A DNA stretch of 64,000 bases from a virus, in IMG/VR virus record IMGVR_UViG_3300030098_004191, positions 21,902-85,901 of that record; one strand, 5' to 3'. Below the pieces are notes generated by a model, which had not been told where the DNA came from, made no database searches, and saw nothing but the letters and a program-made list of their open reading frames with translations. The position numbers were made by a program, and so were the translations under genes. Positions within the stretch are counted from its first letter, which is position 1; each line of letters begins with the position of its first letter. Shown piece after piece: positions 9,862 to 17,418 of this stretch.

Positions 9862-10084
9862 TTAGTGCGTCAAGTGTTTCCTGGGGAACTGTGGTAGCAT
9901 TAACGCCCTGTAACCACTTGTTAATGTGACGGGATGTTGTGACGGACCATTTGGTAGCAGTTCTTACGTATTTTGCCTGATCTGCTAGGTATGCTGCCAC
10001 GGGTGTTCTGTAAGAGAAAAATACCTGTGTGCCGTTACTGAGTGTGAGTTCAGTTTGGTTTGCTGCAATAGGGCGAAGTTGCAT
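9854..10084 (-). CDS. Conserved early hypothetical protein (76 aa)
   Basis: FFSYRTPVAA..WSVTTSRHINKWL family; AGGAG RBS; behind promoter copy 2. Confidence 0.8.
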   Translation of the reverse strand: MQLRPIAANQTELTLSNGTQVFFSYRTPVAAYLADQAKYVRTATKWSVTTSRHINKWLQGVNATTVPQETLDALTT

Positions 10085-10109
10085 AGATGCTCCTTTTGAT
10101 TACTTTCTT

Positions 10110-10164
10110 ATAATACCAATAAAAAAACCCCCTGTGGGGGTTCGGTGGTCAGTTTGTGAACTGG
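10110..10164 (-). promoter_or_regulatory. Early promoter element, copy 2
   Basis: CCAGTTCACAAACTGACCAC, hairpin, TATTAT. Confidence 0.8.
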
Positions 10165-10165
10165 T

Positions 10166-10570
10166 CTACTTAGAGACTAATTTCACTAACTGTGCGTGGT
10201 AGGGTTTCACTGCCTCAAATCCTTTGATAAGATCTGAAATCAATTCTTGGATTTCAAAATTGTGGATTTGCCAACGGGTCTGTATATCTTTGATATAACG
10301 ATCCGTTGAAATAAGACGGGCAGTAGAAGGGCGTTTGAGAGTTGTTTTCTTTGCAACGACCTTGCCACCTTTGAAAGTTGTGACAGTAACACGGGGTGAA
10401 ACTGGTTTTTTTGCCTTTGCTGGTTTGGTTTCTCTTGGAGCGTCAAGCACTGCCTGAACTTCTTTGATTACCTTATCAACTCTAGCAGATTTGGTTGAAG
10501 TCTTACGGGTTCTGGTCTTACGTGCTTTAGGGGCAGTTACAGACTTAGAAGCGGTTGACTTAACAGGCAT
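10166..10570 (-). CDS. Lys/Thr/Ser-rich basic early protein (134 aa)
   Basis: Low-complexity basic N-terminal two-thirds with a helical C-terminus. Confidence 0.75.
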   Translation of the reverse strand: MPVKSTASKSVTAPKARKTRTRKTSTKSARVDKVIKEVQAVLDAPRETKPAKAKKPVSPRVTVTTFKGGKVVAKKTTLKRPSTARLISTDRYIKDIQTRWQIHNFEIQELISDLIKGFEAVKPYHAQLVKLVSK

Positions 10571-10598
10571 AGGAATGAGTTCCGATGTTTACTCCCCT

Positions 10599-10653
10599 AT
10601 TATAAACATAAAAAAACCCCCGTAGGGGTTTTAGTGGACACTTTGTCAACTGG
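10599..10653 (-). promoter_or_regulatory. Early promoter element, copy 3
   Basis: CCAGTTGACAAAGTGTCCAC, hairpin, TATAAT. Confidence 0.8.
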
Positions 10654-10655
10654 CT

Positions 10656-10892
10656 TTAGCAGTCGTTTAGGGGTGATCTGCCACGGTATGCCGTAAACGG
10701 TCTCTGTAACTGATCTTCCTGGCGAGCAAACTCACTTAGGAAGTAATCCACTGTGAATTCATTTTCATTACAAAATGTTTCAATTTCAGAGTAGATAGAT
10801 GCTGGATAGGAATTCATGTGAAAATCAATTGTGTTTACTTTAGGGAAAGAATTCATATTAGGCAAATGATAAGAACGAAGAGAATTAACCAT
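10656..10892 (-). CDS. Hypothetical early protein (true start probably internal, MNSYPASIY)
   Basis: ORF track; EIETFCNENEFTVDYFLSEF resembles cyanophage small acidic proteins. Confidence 0.6.
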   Translation of the reverse strand: MVNSLRSYHLPNMNSFPKVNTIDFHMNSYPASIYSEIETFCNENEFTVDYFLSEFARQEDQLQRPFTAYRGRSPLNDC

Positions 10893-10906
10893 TCAGTTTG
10901 TTTCAT

Positions 10907-11038
10907 TTACCAATCAAAGTTTGAATTTTCGATGTAACTTTCTACATCAAATTTGTCATCTTTCATTTCAGGTAAATCAAAGATTTCACCTGGAGAGTCC
11001 ATTAACTCCTGGAGAATTGTGTCTTCGTAATCATTCAT
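10907..11038 (-). CDS. Small acidic protein (43 aa)
   Basis: Manual translation MNDYEDTILQELMDSPGEIFDLPEMKDDKFDVESYIENSNFDW, behind promoter copy 4. Confidence 0.7.
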   Translation of the reverse strand: MNDYEDTILQELMDSPGEIFDLPEMKDDKFDVESYIENSNFDW

Positions 11039-11066
11039 AATTGAGTGAAATTTGGTTGACTATTTA

Positions 11067-11121
11067 ATAATAACAAAAAAATGCCCACTGTGGTGAAACA
11101 GTGGACACTTTGTTTACTGGC
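11067..11121 (-). promoter_or_regulatory. Early promoter element, copy 4
   Basis: CCAGTAAACAAAGTGTCCAC..TATTAT. Confidence 0.75.
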
Positions 11122-11293
11122 ACATGTCTTGGAATTTCTTCCATGCCATCGCTTCAACTGCGTCAAGTGTGCCAGTTGAAATTCTGCACAGTTCGCTCAT
11201 CTGATCACCCGTGAGTTTGTTAGACTTCATAAACTCATCAAATGACTCGTCAAAACAAGTTTCATAGAGTGCTTCGTGATGTAGGGTGCTCAT
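11114..11293 (-). CDS. Small early protein (59 aa)
   Basis: Manual translation MSTLHHEALYETCFDESFDEFMKSNKLTGDQMSELCRISTGTLDAVEAMAWKKFQDMCQ; AAGGA RBS. Confidence 0.75.
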   Translation of the reverse strand: MSTLHHEALYETCFDESFDEFMKSNKLTGDQMSELCRISTGTLDAVEAMAWKKFQDMCQ

Positions 11294-11317
11294 AATTGGT
11301 TCCTTTACTACTCTTTA

Positions 11318-11373
11318 ATAATACCAATAAAAAAACCCCTTTGGGGCTTTTGTGTGACAGTTTCTTTACTGTC
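11318..11373 (-). promoter_or_regulatory. Early promoter element, copy 5
   Basis: GACAGTAAAGAAACTGTCACAC, hairpin, TATTAT. Confidence 0.8.
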
Positions 11374-11560
11374 CGTTACGGTACTCACCCATTAGGCATT
11401 TACCGTACCAAATTTCAGAGTGTCCGTACTCTTCAGATAAATCGAGGCATAGACCCCAACATTCATCTAAAGTTCTGAAAACTGTGTTTTCATGTGGTGC
11501 CGATGCACACACGACAGCATAAGGGAATGCTGGATTGAAAGTGGTATTAGGATTAAACAT
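11366..11560 (-). CDS. Small early protein (64 aa)
   Basis: MFNPNTTFNPAFPYAVVCASAPHENT..LCLDLSEEYGHSE; ATG lies at the predicted transcription start (possibly leaderless). Confidence 0.7.
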   Translation of the reverse strand: MFNPNTTFNPAFPYAVVCASAPHENTVFRTLDECWGLCLDLSEEYGHSEIWYGKCLMGEYRNGQ

Positions 11561-11566
11561 AAACAC

Positions 11567-11624
11567 ATTATACACACAAAACGACCCCTTTTGCAAGGGG
11601 TCTTGTGTCAGTTTGTGAATTGTC
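11567..11624 (-). promoter_or_regulatory. Early promoter element, copy 6
   Basis: GACAATTCACAAACTGACAC, GACCCCT/AGGGGTC hairpin, TATAAT. Confidence 0.8.
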
Positions 11625-11773
11625 TAGAATCGGGGGTCGTCGTTTACCCTGATCAGTTCAGAGTTTGGGGGTGCTTGACACAGTGCGGTGTCAAGATCAT
11701 ATGCACTGAATGTGGTTTCCTTTCCATCGGATGTTCTGAAAGTGTAATCAGTGGGGTCTTGAAATTGTCCCAT
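11624..11773 (-). CDS. Small protein (49 aa)
   Basis: Manual translation MGQFQDPTDYTFRTSDGKETTFSAYDLDTALCQAPPNSELIRVNDDPRF; abuts the upstream stop. Confidence 0.6.
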   Translation of the reverse strand: MGQFQDPTDYTFRTSDGKETTFSAYDLDTALCQAPPNSELIRVNDDPRF

Positions 11774-11941
11774 TTAATTATACTCCCAAAATGCGGGTTC
11801 GCAAATCTTTTCACATAGGGTGTCATAATCCTCTGAATTAATATCATCGGGGAGACCCAAATCGTTGAAGTATTTAATAATTTCAACGAGTGCAGTTTCT
11901 TCTGCTTCAGTGATACTTAGTGTTCGTACAGTTTGTGACAT
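11774..11941 (-). CDS. Small acidic protein (55 aa)
   Basis: Manual translation MSQTVRTLSITEAEETALVEIIKYFNDLGLPDDINSEDYDTLCEKICEPAFWEYN. Confidence 0.7.
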   Translation of the reverse strand: MSQTVRTLSITEAEETALVEIIKYFNDLGLPDDINSEDYDTLCEKICEPAFWEYN

Positions 11942-11969
11942 TTAGTGCCTGTGATTTGTGTACAATGTT

Positions 11970-12024
11970 ATAATAACAAAAAATCCCCACGAATGGGGGA
12001 TTTGTGTGACAGTTTCTCAACTGG
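11970..12024 (-). promoter_or_regulatory. Early promoter element, copy 7
   Basis: CCAGTTGAGAAACTGTCACAC, AAATCCCC/GGGGATTT hairpin, TATTAT. Confidence 0.8.
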
Positions 12025-12265
12025 TTGAATTGTTTACATTTTCTGAAACATATTGTGGTAAGGTGTTATTACAAATGACCTTGTAATTCCTGGCAAGTCT
12101 TCTATTAATACCATCAATCATCTGATCTTTAGTAACAACTTCTTTCTTCATAGTTTCGCCACTAAATGTTAATACCTTGAGAAACTTGTCTGGATTAATA
12201 ACATCATCCAACCAAGATTTAGTGGGATAAAAGTCAACAACCATGCTTCCAGATTGTAATCTCAT
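12017..12265 (-). CDS. Hypothetical early protein (82 aa)
   Basis: ORF track; between promoter copies 8 and 7. Confidence 0.75.
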   Translation of the reverse strand: MRLQSGSMVVDFYPTKSWLDDVINPDKFLKVLTFSGETMKKEVVTKDQMIDGINRRLARNYKVICNNTLPQYVSENVNNSTS

Positions 12266-12291
12266 AAGGGTGAAATCCGTGGGACAAATGT

Positions 12292-12346
12292 AATATAAAC
12301 GATTTCAACCACGAATAGGAAAAATGTGTGCCACTTTGTCAACTGG
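12292..12346 (-). promoter_or_regulatory. Early promoter element, copy 8
   Basis: CCAGTTGACAAAGTGGCACAC..TATATT. Confidence 0.7.
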
Positions 12347-12565
12347 ATTCCAGCCTAAAAAAAATCCAGCTGACCGTGGGACGGTAGCGGAATTGTCACA
12401 ACATAGGGATTACGATGCCCCTGTGCCGATCTACGAATTGTCATATCTTGTTTATTACTATCTCGAAATTATGTTATAATATTATATTAATTACAAACAC
12501 CATAAGTTATTAACACATAGTGTGCTATATTGCATGTCTAGTTGTTATACACAATGCTCGTGCAA

Positions 12566-12733
12566 TTAGGCATAATGTATGTAAGCTAGTGCCTGATAGT
12601 CTGTACTATCTCGTGCATAATCATCATCTGATGTGTATGTATCTTGTTGCGTGTGCATGTGATACATCTCGTCGAGATAATCATGTGATGACATCTCGTA
12701 ATCCCACACGAATTCGCAATCGTAATCTTGCAT
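12566..12733 (-). CDS. Small Asp/Tyr-rich protein (55 aa)
   Basis: Manual translation MQDYDCEFVWDYEMSSHDYLDEMYHMHTQQDTYTSDDDYARDSTDYQALAYIHYA, downstream of a perfect sigma70 promoter. Confidence 0.65.
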   Translation of the reverse strand: MQDYDCEFVWDYEMSSHDYLDEMYHMHTQQDTYTSDDDYARDSTDYQALAYIHYA

Positions 12734-12891
12734 GTTTCTAGTCGAGATTGTTATTTGATTATATGATTATTATACATGAATCTCGTTGAAATGTCAAGTG
12801 CAAATCTAGTCGAGATTGTATAATGCTGATAGTATATATGTATTCTAGTCGAGATTGTTACGAAACGTGAACATAAGATCTAGTCGAAATT
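12666..12891. repeat. Cluster of quasi-palindromic 13-mers TCT(A/C)GTCGAGATT
   Basis: Copies at 12666, 12737, 12805, 12844 and 12879, degenerate copy at 12781; irregular spacing. Confidence 0.85.
12769..12797 (-). promoter_or_regulatory. Consensus sigma70 promoter
   Basis: TTGACA-17-TATAAT, with a degenerate 13-mer repeat in the spacer. Confidence 0.85.
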
Positions 12892-12927
12892 TTATGTGAC
12901 TCTGTGTAAAATTTTGCGTCCTGTGTG

Positions 12928-12956
12928 TTGACAAATCGCCTTCCTCATGGTACGCT
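12928..12956 (+). promoter_or_regulatory. Plus-strand sigma70-like promoter with no downstream sense ORF
   Basis: TTGACA-17-TACGCT, followed by ~180 nt of AT-rich non-coding DNA. Confidence 0.55.
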
Positions 12957-13142
12957 CGGTAAGGTCGCATAAGATATGAAGTTTAACAGCGTATAAGAAG
13001 CGTATTTAGACAGTAAATAAGACCCTATAACCCTATAAAGATACTATAGGATACTATCCTTATAAAACACGAAGATATATTTATAAAGGTATTTAAAACG
13101 TTATTTTTAACATAAATGGTATAAATTGATACAGAATACTTA

Positions 13143-13925
13143 TTACATTACCAACTTACGTCTTTCTATGTCATTCTCATTTAACAGTGCTGATTCACCC
13201 CTCCAAATCTCTATAATATGGGCAGGATTATCACTCTCATTTATACCTTTGTGCCATGTATTTACAGGGATGAATATACCTTTATGTTCCTTTAGTTTGT
13301 GCTTAATTATATTTGGCTGATTAATACCATTATCCATTATTACATAACATTCTCCTTTTACCACATTCCATGTTTCAGTCCTGTGTTCATGTTTTTGCAT
13401 TGATAGAGAACTATGAGGATTAATCACTAATTCTTTTACCTTATAACCTTCTCCTTCATACAGTACTCTATAGTATCCCCATGTTCTTATTGTCTTTGGA
13501 TTACTATACTCATTCAATAGAATACTACTACTATTCTTCTTATCATTTCCTCCTATTCCCCACTTGAATACTACTCTTGCATCACACCAGTACTTATCAT
13601 GTTCTGGTACATTATCCTTTTCTCTATCTCCACCATTACAGAATATAATAGGACTGTGTTGTATTAACTGTTCTATTGCATCATTACTACTGTCATCATC
13701 ATCATTAAAGGAAATTACTTCATCGACACATGACAATGATAGAAGGATTTCTTTCCTTTCATCATAGTCCATGAAGTATCTTCCCTTCTTACGGATTAAC
13801 CATTCATCGGAATTTAATCCTACTACTAAGTGTGTACCATATGCTCTGGCATGTTTAAACAGTGCAATGTGACCACTGTGTATTGGATCAAATCCACCTG
13901 TGACTAATACTTTACTCATTTCCAC
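13143..13925 (-). CDS. Cytidylyltransferase-like (HxGH) plus cupin (mannose-6-P isomerase type II C-terminal-like) fusion
   Basis: TGGFDPIHSGH, VVGLNSDEWLIRKKG, NGGDR, KKNSSS; then RTWGYY..SLSMQKHEHRTETW..WH. Confidence 0.8.
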   Translation of the reverse strand: MEMSKVLVTGGFDPIHSGHIALFKHARAYGTHLVVGLNSDEWLIRKKGRYFMDYDERKEILLSLSCVDEVISFNDDDDSSNDAIEQLIQHSPIIFCNGGDREKDNVPEHDKYWCDARVVFKWGIGGNDKKNSSSILLNEYSNPKTIRTWGYYRVLYEGEGYKVKELVINPHSSLSMQKHEHRTETWNVVKGECYVIMDNGINQPNIIKHKLKEHKGIFIPVNTWHKGINESDNPAHIIEIWRGESALLNENDIERRKLVM

Positions 13926-14313
13926 TTATATCATCATATTGTGACCAGTGTTGTACCTCTCTGGTACTTCTTCTTTTTACAAATTTTAATTCGTGCCAAT
14001 ACGTGTCATAGCACAACAGTAGAGTATGAATGTATTTGTGCGGATCATTTTTAGTGTGCTCACAATATGGTTTCGGTCTTATACCAGTCTCTATGGTAAT
14101 GTACCTTGCAACAGGATTCCACCCTTGTTTGATTCTGAGATCATTATCTACTGGGTCTCCTTTGAAATACACCCATCCTTCATCAGTACTTCCATTCTCA
14201 TGTTTCCAGATGACATAATCATCTACCTCTGGCTCATAGGGGGTACTTTCCATCTTCATCATGGACTGCACGTAGTCTATCGGTTGGAAGACCTTCTGCC
14301 ATGTATGCTTCAA
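13912..14313 (-). CDS. Hypothetical protein (start probably internal, MESTPYEP)
   Basis: YEPEVDDYVIW..EGWVYF..YITIE family seen in cyanophages. Confidence 0.7.
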   Translation of the reverse strand: MKHTWQKVFQPIDYVQSMMKMESTPYEPEVDDYVIWKHENGSTDEGWVYFKGDPVDNDLRIKQGWNPVARYITIETGIRPKPYCEHTKNDPHKYIHTLLLCYDTYWHELKFVKRRSTREVQHWSQYDDISGNE

Positions 14314-14425
14314 GTCTTACTTTTGCATCCTCTCTGGACAATCTTAGATCTCTTTTAGGATCAATGACTTCCCATCCAGTTGTAGTAAATTCCTCTATGC
14401 GATAGAGTTTATTTCGTGCCTTCAT
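14234..14425 (-). CDS. Hypothetical protein (63 aa)
   Basis: KLYRIEEFTTTGWE..EGLPTDRLRAV; overlapping operon packing. Confidence 0.75.
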   Translation of the reverse strand: MKARNKLYRIEEFTTTGWEVIDPKRDLRLSREDAKVRLEAYMAEGLPTDRLRAVHDEDGKYPL

Positions 14426-14658
14426 AATATCTCTCCAAGATTAATTTCGGGAACTGATGTATCTATTTCAGTTATTATACTGTTCTTTTCTTCTATTGTC
14501 AATCGGGTCAAAATTTGCGTTAACTCGATTCGGAGATCTGAAAGATTCTTGGAAACAGTAGGAGAATTGAATGATGTACAAACATTCATCAACTCAGTAA
14601 CCTTCTGTAGTGCAAAAAATGCCTTCTGTCTCTCTGTGACATTTTCATCTAGGATCAT
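14422..14658 (-). CDS. Hypothetical protein (78 aa)
   Basis: ATGA overlap with the next gene. Confidence 0.65.
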   Translation of the reverse strand: MILDENVTERQKAFFALQKVTELMNVCTSFNSPTVSKNLSDLRIELTQILTRLTIEEKNSIITEIDTSVPEINLGEIL

Positions 14659-14724
14659 AATACCTCACTATTGCATAGGTCGAAATGATAGTGAGAATTA
14701 ATAGGACTGCCAATACTTGAAAAA

Positions 14725-14913
14725 TCATTGTTCAATACTCCAGTGTGATTTGTCGATACAGGTCTTACACTGTTGGCACTGTAGACCAGACCAACTGAAA
14801 TGGTAAACCTTACTAATTGATCTGCAATTAGGACACATAATGTGCTTACCCCATTTACCAGCACGTGCATACTTGGTAATTGGTTTGAATTCGATTGTTG
14901 TGCTAATCATCAT
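14725..14913 (-). CDS. Zn-ribbon protein (62 aa)
   Basis: CPNC..YHFSWSGL.CQQC. Confidence 0.7.
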   Translation of the reverse strand: MMISTTIEFKPITKYARAGKWGKHIMCPNCRSISKVYHFSWSGLQCQQCKTCIDKSHWSIEQ

Positions 14914-15136
14914 TTTCCTCCTTTACATAACATGGGACACAATCAGGATCTAACCATTTCGTATATTCAAAATCCTCAATGGCTTGGGTTAGTTGCATAC
15001 CATTATCACATAGATACATGTCACTGTACCTATTGGTATAACTTCCCATCTTTTGAATACGGAAATCAGGTTTTCCATTCTCTAATGTACCTACTTCCAC
15101 ATAACGATATGGAAAGCGTTCCATAATTACAATCAT
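14903..15136 (-). CDS. Conserved hypothetical protein (77 aa)
   Basis: ERFPYRYVE.G.LENGKPDFRIQK..DMYLCDNGMQ..KWLDP. Confidence 0.75.
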   Translation of the reverse strand: MIVIMERFPYRYVEVGTLENGKPDFRIQKMGSYTNRYSDMYLCDNGMQLTQAIEDFEYTKWLDPDCVPCYVKEENDD

Positions 15137-15382
15137 TTAATTACCCTCCCAGTACAGTGCATTAAACTCTGCAATGTTCAAGTACTCATCATCATGTAAA
15201 CGGTCACTGAATCCACCGTCCTCATCAATGAAAATAAACTCTTCACAAAAATGCTCAACAGATGCAATACCCAAACGTTCAATACATCTGAGCATCTCAC
15301 CAATTTGGTCATCATTCATCTCACATTGGTCAATACAAAATCCAATGTTCTTTTCAAGTTGTAGTTTGACTTGCTTTTTCAT
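15137..15382 (-). CDS. Hypothetical acidic protein (81 aa)
   Basis: ORF track; GGAGG RBS. Confidence 0.7.
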   Translation of the reverse strand: MKKQVKLQLEKNIGFCIDQCEMNDDQIGEMLRCIERLGIASVEHFCEEFIFIDEDGGFSDRLHDDEYLNIAEFNALYWEGN

Positions 15383-15702
15383 TAGGAAACCTCCTTCATA
15401 AGATCGGATACTTGAATGTTCTCTATCAATTCCTCATACAATTCACCATCATCATAAACTGTGATTCTCTCTTCTAATTCATTATCATCAAACTTACTAT
15501 AATCATCAATCAGTAAATCGGTCACAAACTCAACCAAAGTTTGAGTGTCCATGTTGTCAACCTGTATCTCTACAAATTGTTCGATTAGTTCATCTCTCTG
15601 TTCGGATGTAAGAGATCTGATCTTACTGGGTTTGATAATCACCTTTGCATCCAATTCACTATTGGTTGCATTTGGATTTGCGATGAATAGTTTTTTGGTC
15701 AT
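15382..15702 (-). CDS. Hypothetical acidic protein (106 aa)
   Basis: ORF track; coupled starts and stops. Confidence 0.7.
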   Translation of the reverse strand: MTKKLFIANPNATNSELDAKVIIKPSKIRSLTSEQRDELIEQFVEIQVDNMDTQTLVEFVTDLLIDDYSKFDDNELEERITVYDDGELYEELIENIQVSDLMKEVS

Positions 15703-15908
15703 GTCAGTAATTGAACCTCATAGTTAATGTTTTTGATGCACCACCCTGTCGCAGTGGTAATTTCTTCAATTAAATCATCCTCATCCTCTGCTTCCCAACA
15801 TCCAATACTATCTTGAATGATTTGGGATTGTTCATCTAATGTGAGTTGATACTCTTCTGATAAACTATCATTGAAATCAAACTCAATGTCAGTAACTAAG
15901 TAAGTCAT
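15699..15908 (-). CDS. Hypothetical acidic protein (69 aa)
   Basis: VTDIEFDF..WEAEDEDDLIEEIT..TGWCI family. Confidence 0.75.
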   Translation of the reverse strand: MTYLVTDIEFDFNDSLSEEYQLTLDEQSQIIQDSIGCWEAEDEDDLIEEITTATGWCIKNINYEVQLLT

Positions 15909-16135
15909 TAAACCCCCTGAAGTGAAAGTGAATTGTAATGATCCTGTTTGTTGAAAATACAGGTTTTGTAGATCTTAAAGAGTAAATCCATGTTTACTCC
16001 TTCCCAATCTGTCCAGTCTGATACATAATCTTCACATGTGAAGTCACCCGTACCATCTATATTCTGTGGGCATGACATAAAATCGAAATCATCATTAACC
16101 CAGAATAGTCTTCCAAATGTTTCTGAAGAATACAT
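15908..16135 (-). CDS. Hypothetical protein (75 aa)
   Basis: ORF track; GGAGG RBS. Confidence 0.7.
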   Translation of the reverse strand: MYSSETFGRLFWVNDDFDFMSCPQNIDGTGDFTCEDYVSDWTDWEGVNMDLLFKIYKTCIFNKQDHYNSLSLQGV

Positions 16136-16137
16136 GA

Positions 16138-16389
16138 TTAAACTCCTCCATGAGATAGTGTGAACTTTGGATTTTCAAGAATAATATCTCTGACTCTCTC
16201 TCTGTCTAAACTGTCTCCACCACCCCATGAATAATGTACATACTCAAGATCACCCTTCTCAATCCTGTTAATATACTCAAGGATTGCTTTGCGAGTGATT
16301 TTCCTTGTTAATCCTGTAATAGGATAGAGTGGATCTTCATTACCATAGAATGACCAAACATAATCCACAAACTCATCTAAACTGTTCAT
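16138..16389 (-). CDS. Hypothetical protein (83 aa)
   Basis: FVDYVWSFYG..GGDSLDRERVRD family; behind promoter copy 9. Confidence 0.75.
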   Translation of the reverse strand: MNSLDEFVDYVWSFYGNEDPLYPITGLTRKITRKAILEYINRIEKGDLEYVHYSWGGGDSLDRERVRDIILENPKFTLSHGGV

Positions 16390-16814
16390 TAGTGGTCTCC
16401 TTTGTTGATTACATTAGTATTATAACCCATATTCGTCCAAGGCGTAACAAAGAATGTGCCACTTCCATAGCTGTCCCAGAACTCCTTGGCAAGGATCTCT
16501 TCCATGACGTATGCTTCTTCTTCTCTTAGATCATGGTCTTTCAATCCTTCTATGGTCTGTCTTACATGGACTAACTCATGGCATAGAGTCTCAGCATACC
16601 CAGTTGGTACTTGGTCATTATGAATATGAATCAAAAACTCTCCATCCTCATCCACCTGACAGAATCCCAGACCATATTCATCTGTCAGATCAACTTGATT
16701 AACTTCTACTACAACATCATTCAACTGTGGATATTTCTTACACATGAAAAGATATATTTCCTCTGTAAGGATCTTACTTTGATCGCAATGCCAGTCTCCA
16801 GATGTTAATAACAT
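16389..16814 (-). CDS. Zincin-like metallopeptidase (HExxH)
   Basis: TLCHELVHVRQ...REEEAY. Confidence 0.65.
   Translation of the reverse strand: MLLTSGDWHCDQSKILTEEIYLFMCKKYPQLNDVVVEVNQVDLTDEYGLGFCQVDEDGEFLIHIHNDQVPTGYAETLCHELVHVRQTIEGLKDHDLREEEAYVMEEILAKEFWDSYGSGTFFVTPWTNMGYNTNVINKGDH
16419..16475 (-). promoter_or_regulatory. Early promoter element, copy 9 (inside the zincin 3' end)
   Basis: GACAGCTATGGAAGTGGCACA..TATAAT at the same spacing as the other copies. Confidence 0.6.
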
Positions 16815-16951
16815 TAGTCTACCTCCATAGAAAAATCAATAGCAAACTCAGTGGAATTGTCCTCATAATTTGTGATCTTAATCGGACACTGATTTAACCA
16901 CTCTTGGAACTGTTCATACTGTTCCTCTTGACTCTCTTCTGAAACGTACAT
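16814..16951 (-). CDS. Small acidic protein (45 aa)
   Basis: Manual translation MYVSEESQEEQYEQFQEWLNQCPIKITNYEDNSTEFAIDFSMEVD; TAATG overlaps. Confidence 0.65.
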   Translation of the reverse strand: MYVSEESQEEQYEQFQEWLNQCPIKITNYEDNSTEFAIDFSMEVD

Positions 16952-17118
16952 TAAACTTCCTCCACTAAATTGATTTCATAGTCCTGAACTCTTTCATAGA
17001 TTACCTCATACTTGTTTACATCTGCATTAACAAGATCTCTTGCTTGATCTTCATCTTCTGCCTCAACTTCTACAATAAATGTAGTAGTTTCCATGCACTC
17101 AACTTGAAATGTTTTCAT
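16951..17118 (-). CDS. Small acidic protein (55 aa)
   Basis: Manual translation MKTFQVECMETTTFIVEVEAEDEDQARDLVNADVNKYEVIYERVQDYEINLVEEV; GGAGG RBS. Confidence 0.7.
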   Translation of the reverse strand: MKTFQVECMETTTFIVEVEAEDEDQARDLVNADVNKYEVIYERVQDYEINLVEEV

Positions 17119-17298
17119 TTACTTAACCTCCATCCATTTGATAGGGTTCCCCTGAGTCAGTTTCCAGATGAAAACTGATCCTACTTCTTCACTCCAGTTC
17201 TTAGCATAGTGTTTTGCACTTCCAAACTCATAGAAACCGATAGAAGTTGCCTTCTCCCAGTTATATGTACTTGTTAATGCCCAGTTGAATGATTCCAT
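17119..17298 (-). CDS. Small protein (59 aa)
   Basis: Manual translation MESFNWALTSTYNWEKATSIGFYEFGSAKHYAKNWSEEVGSVFIWKLTQGNPIKWMEVK. Confidence 0.65.
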   Translation of the reverse strand: MESFNWALTSTYNWEKATSIGFYEFGSAKHYAKNWSEEVGSVFIWKLTQGNPIKWMEVK

Positions 17299-17303
17299 TG
17301 TGA

Positions 17304-17417
17304 TTAAAATGCAAGTTTGGTTATTGCTAAGTCAATTATATTTACACCCCAGTGCATGAACCAAAAGAATGAAAGGAGAAAAATTAATTTCTCCTTTGCT
17401 GTCATGTTTTTTGCCAT
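17304..17417 (-). CDS. Small membrane peptide (37 aa)
   Basis: Manual translation MAKNMTAKEKLIFLLSFFWFMHWGVNIIDLAITKLAF; GAGG RBS. Confidence 0.6.
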   Translation of the reverse strand: MAKNMTAKEKLIFLLSFFWFMHWGVNIIDLAITKLAF

Positions 17418-17418
17418 A

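Noticed and set aside
11653-11886. 77-aa track ORF
   Set aside because: Better explained by two abutting ATG-started ORFs in other frames (11774-11941 and 11624-11773).
9807-12346. Integron attC array or CRISPR
   Set aside because: No integrase and no attC core sites; the elements contain -10 boxes and fit phage early promoters.
12666-12891. CRISPR or mini-array reading of the TCTAGTCGAGATT repeats
   Set aside because: Repeats are only ~13-16 bp, spacing is irregular (about 35-70 bp), and there are no cas genes.
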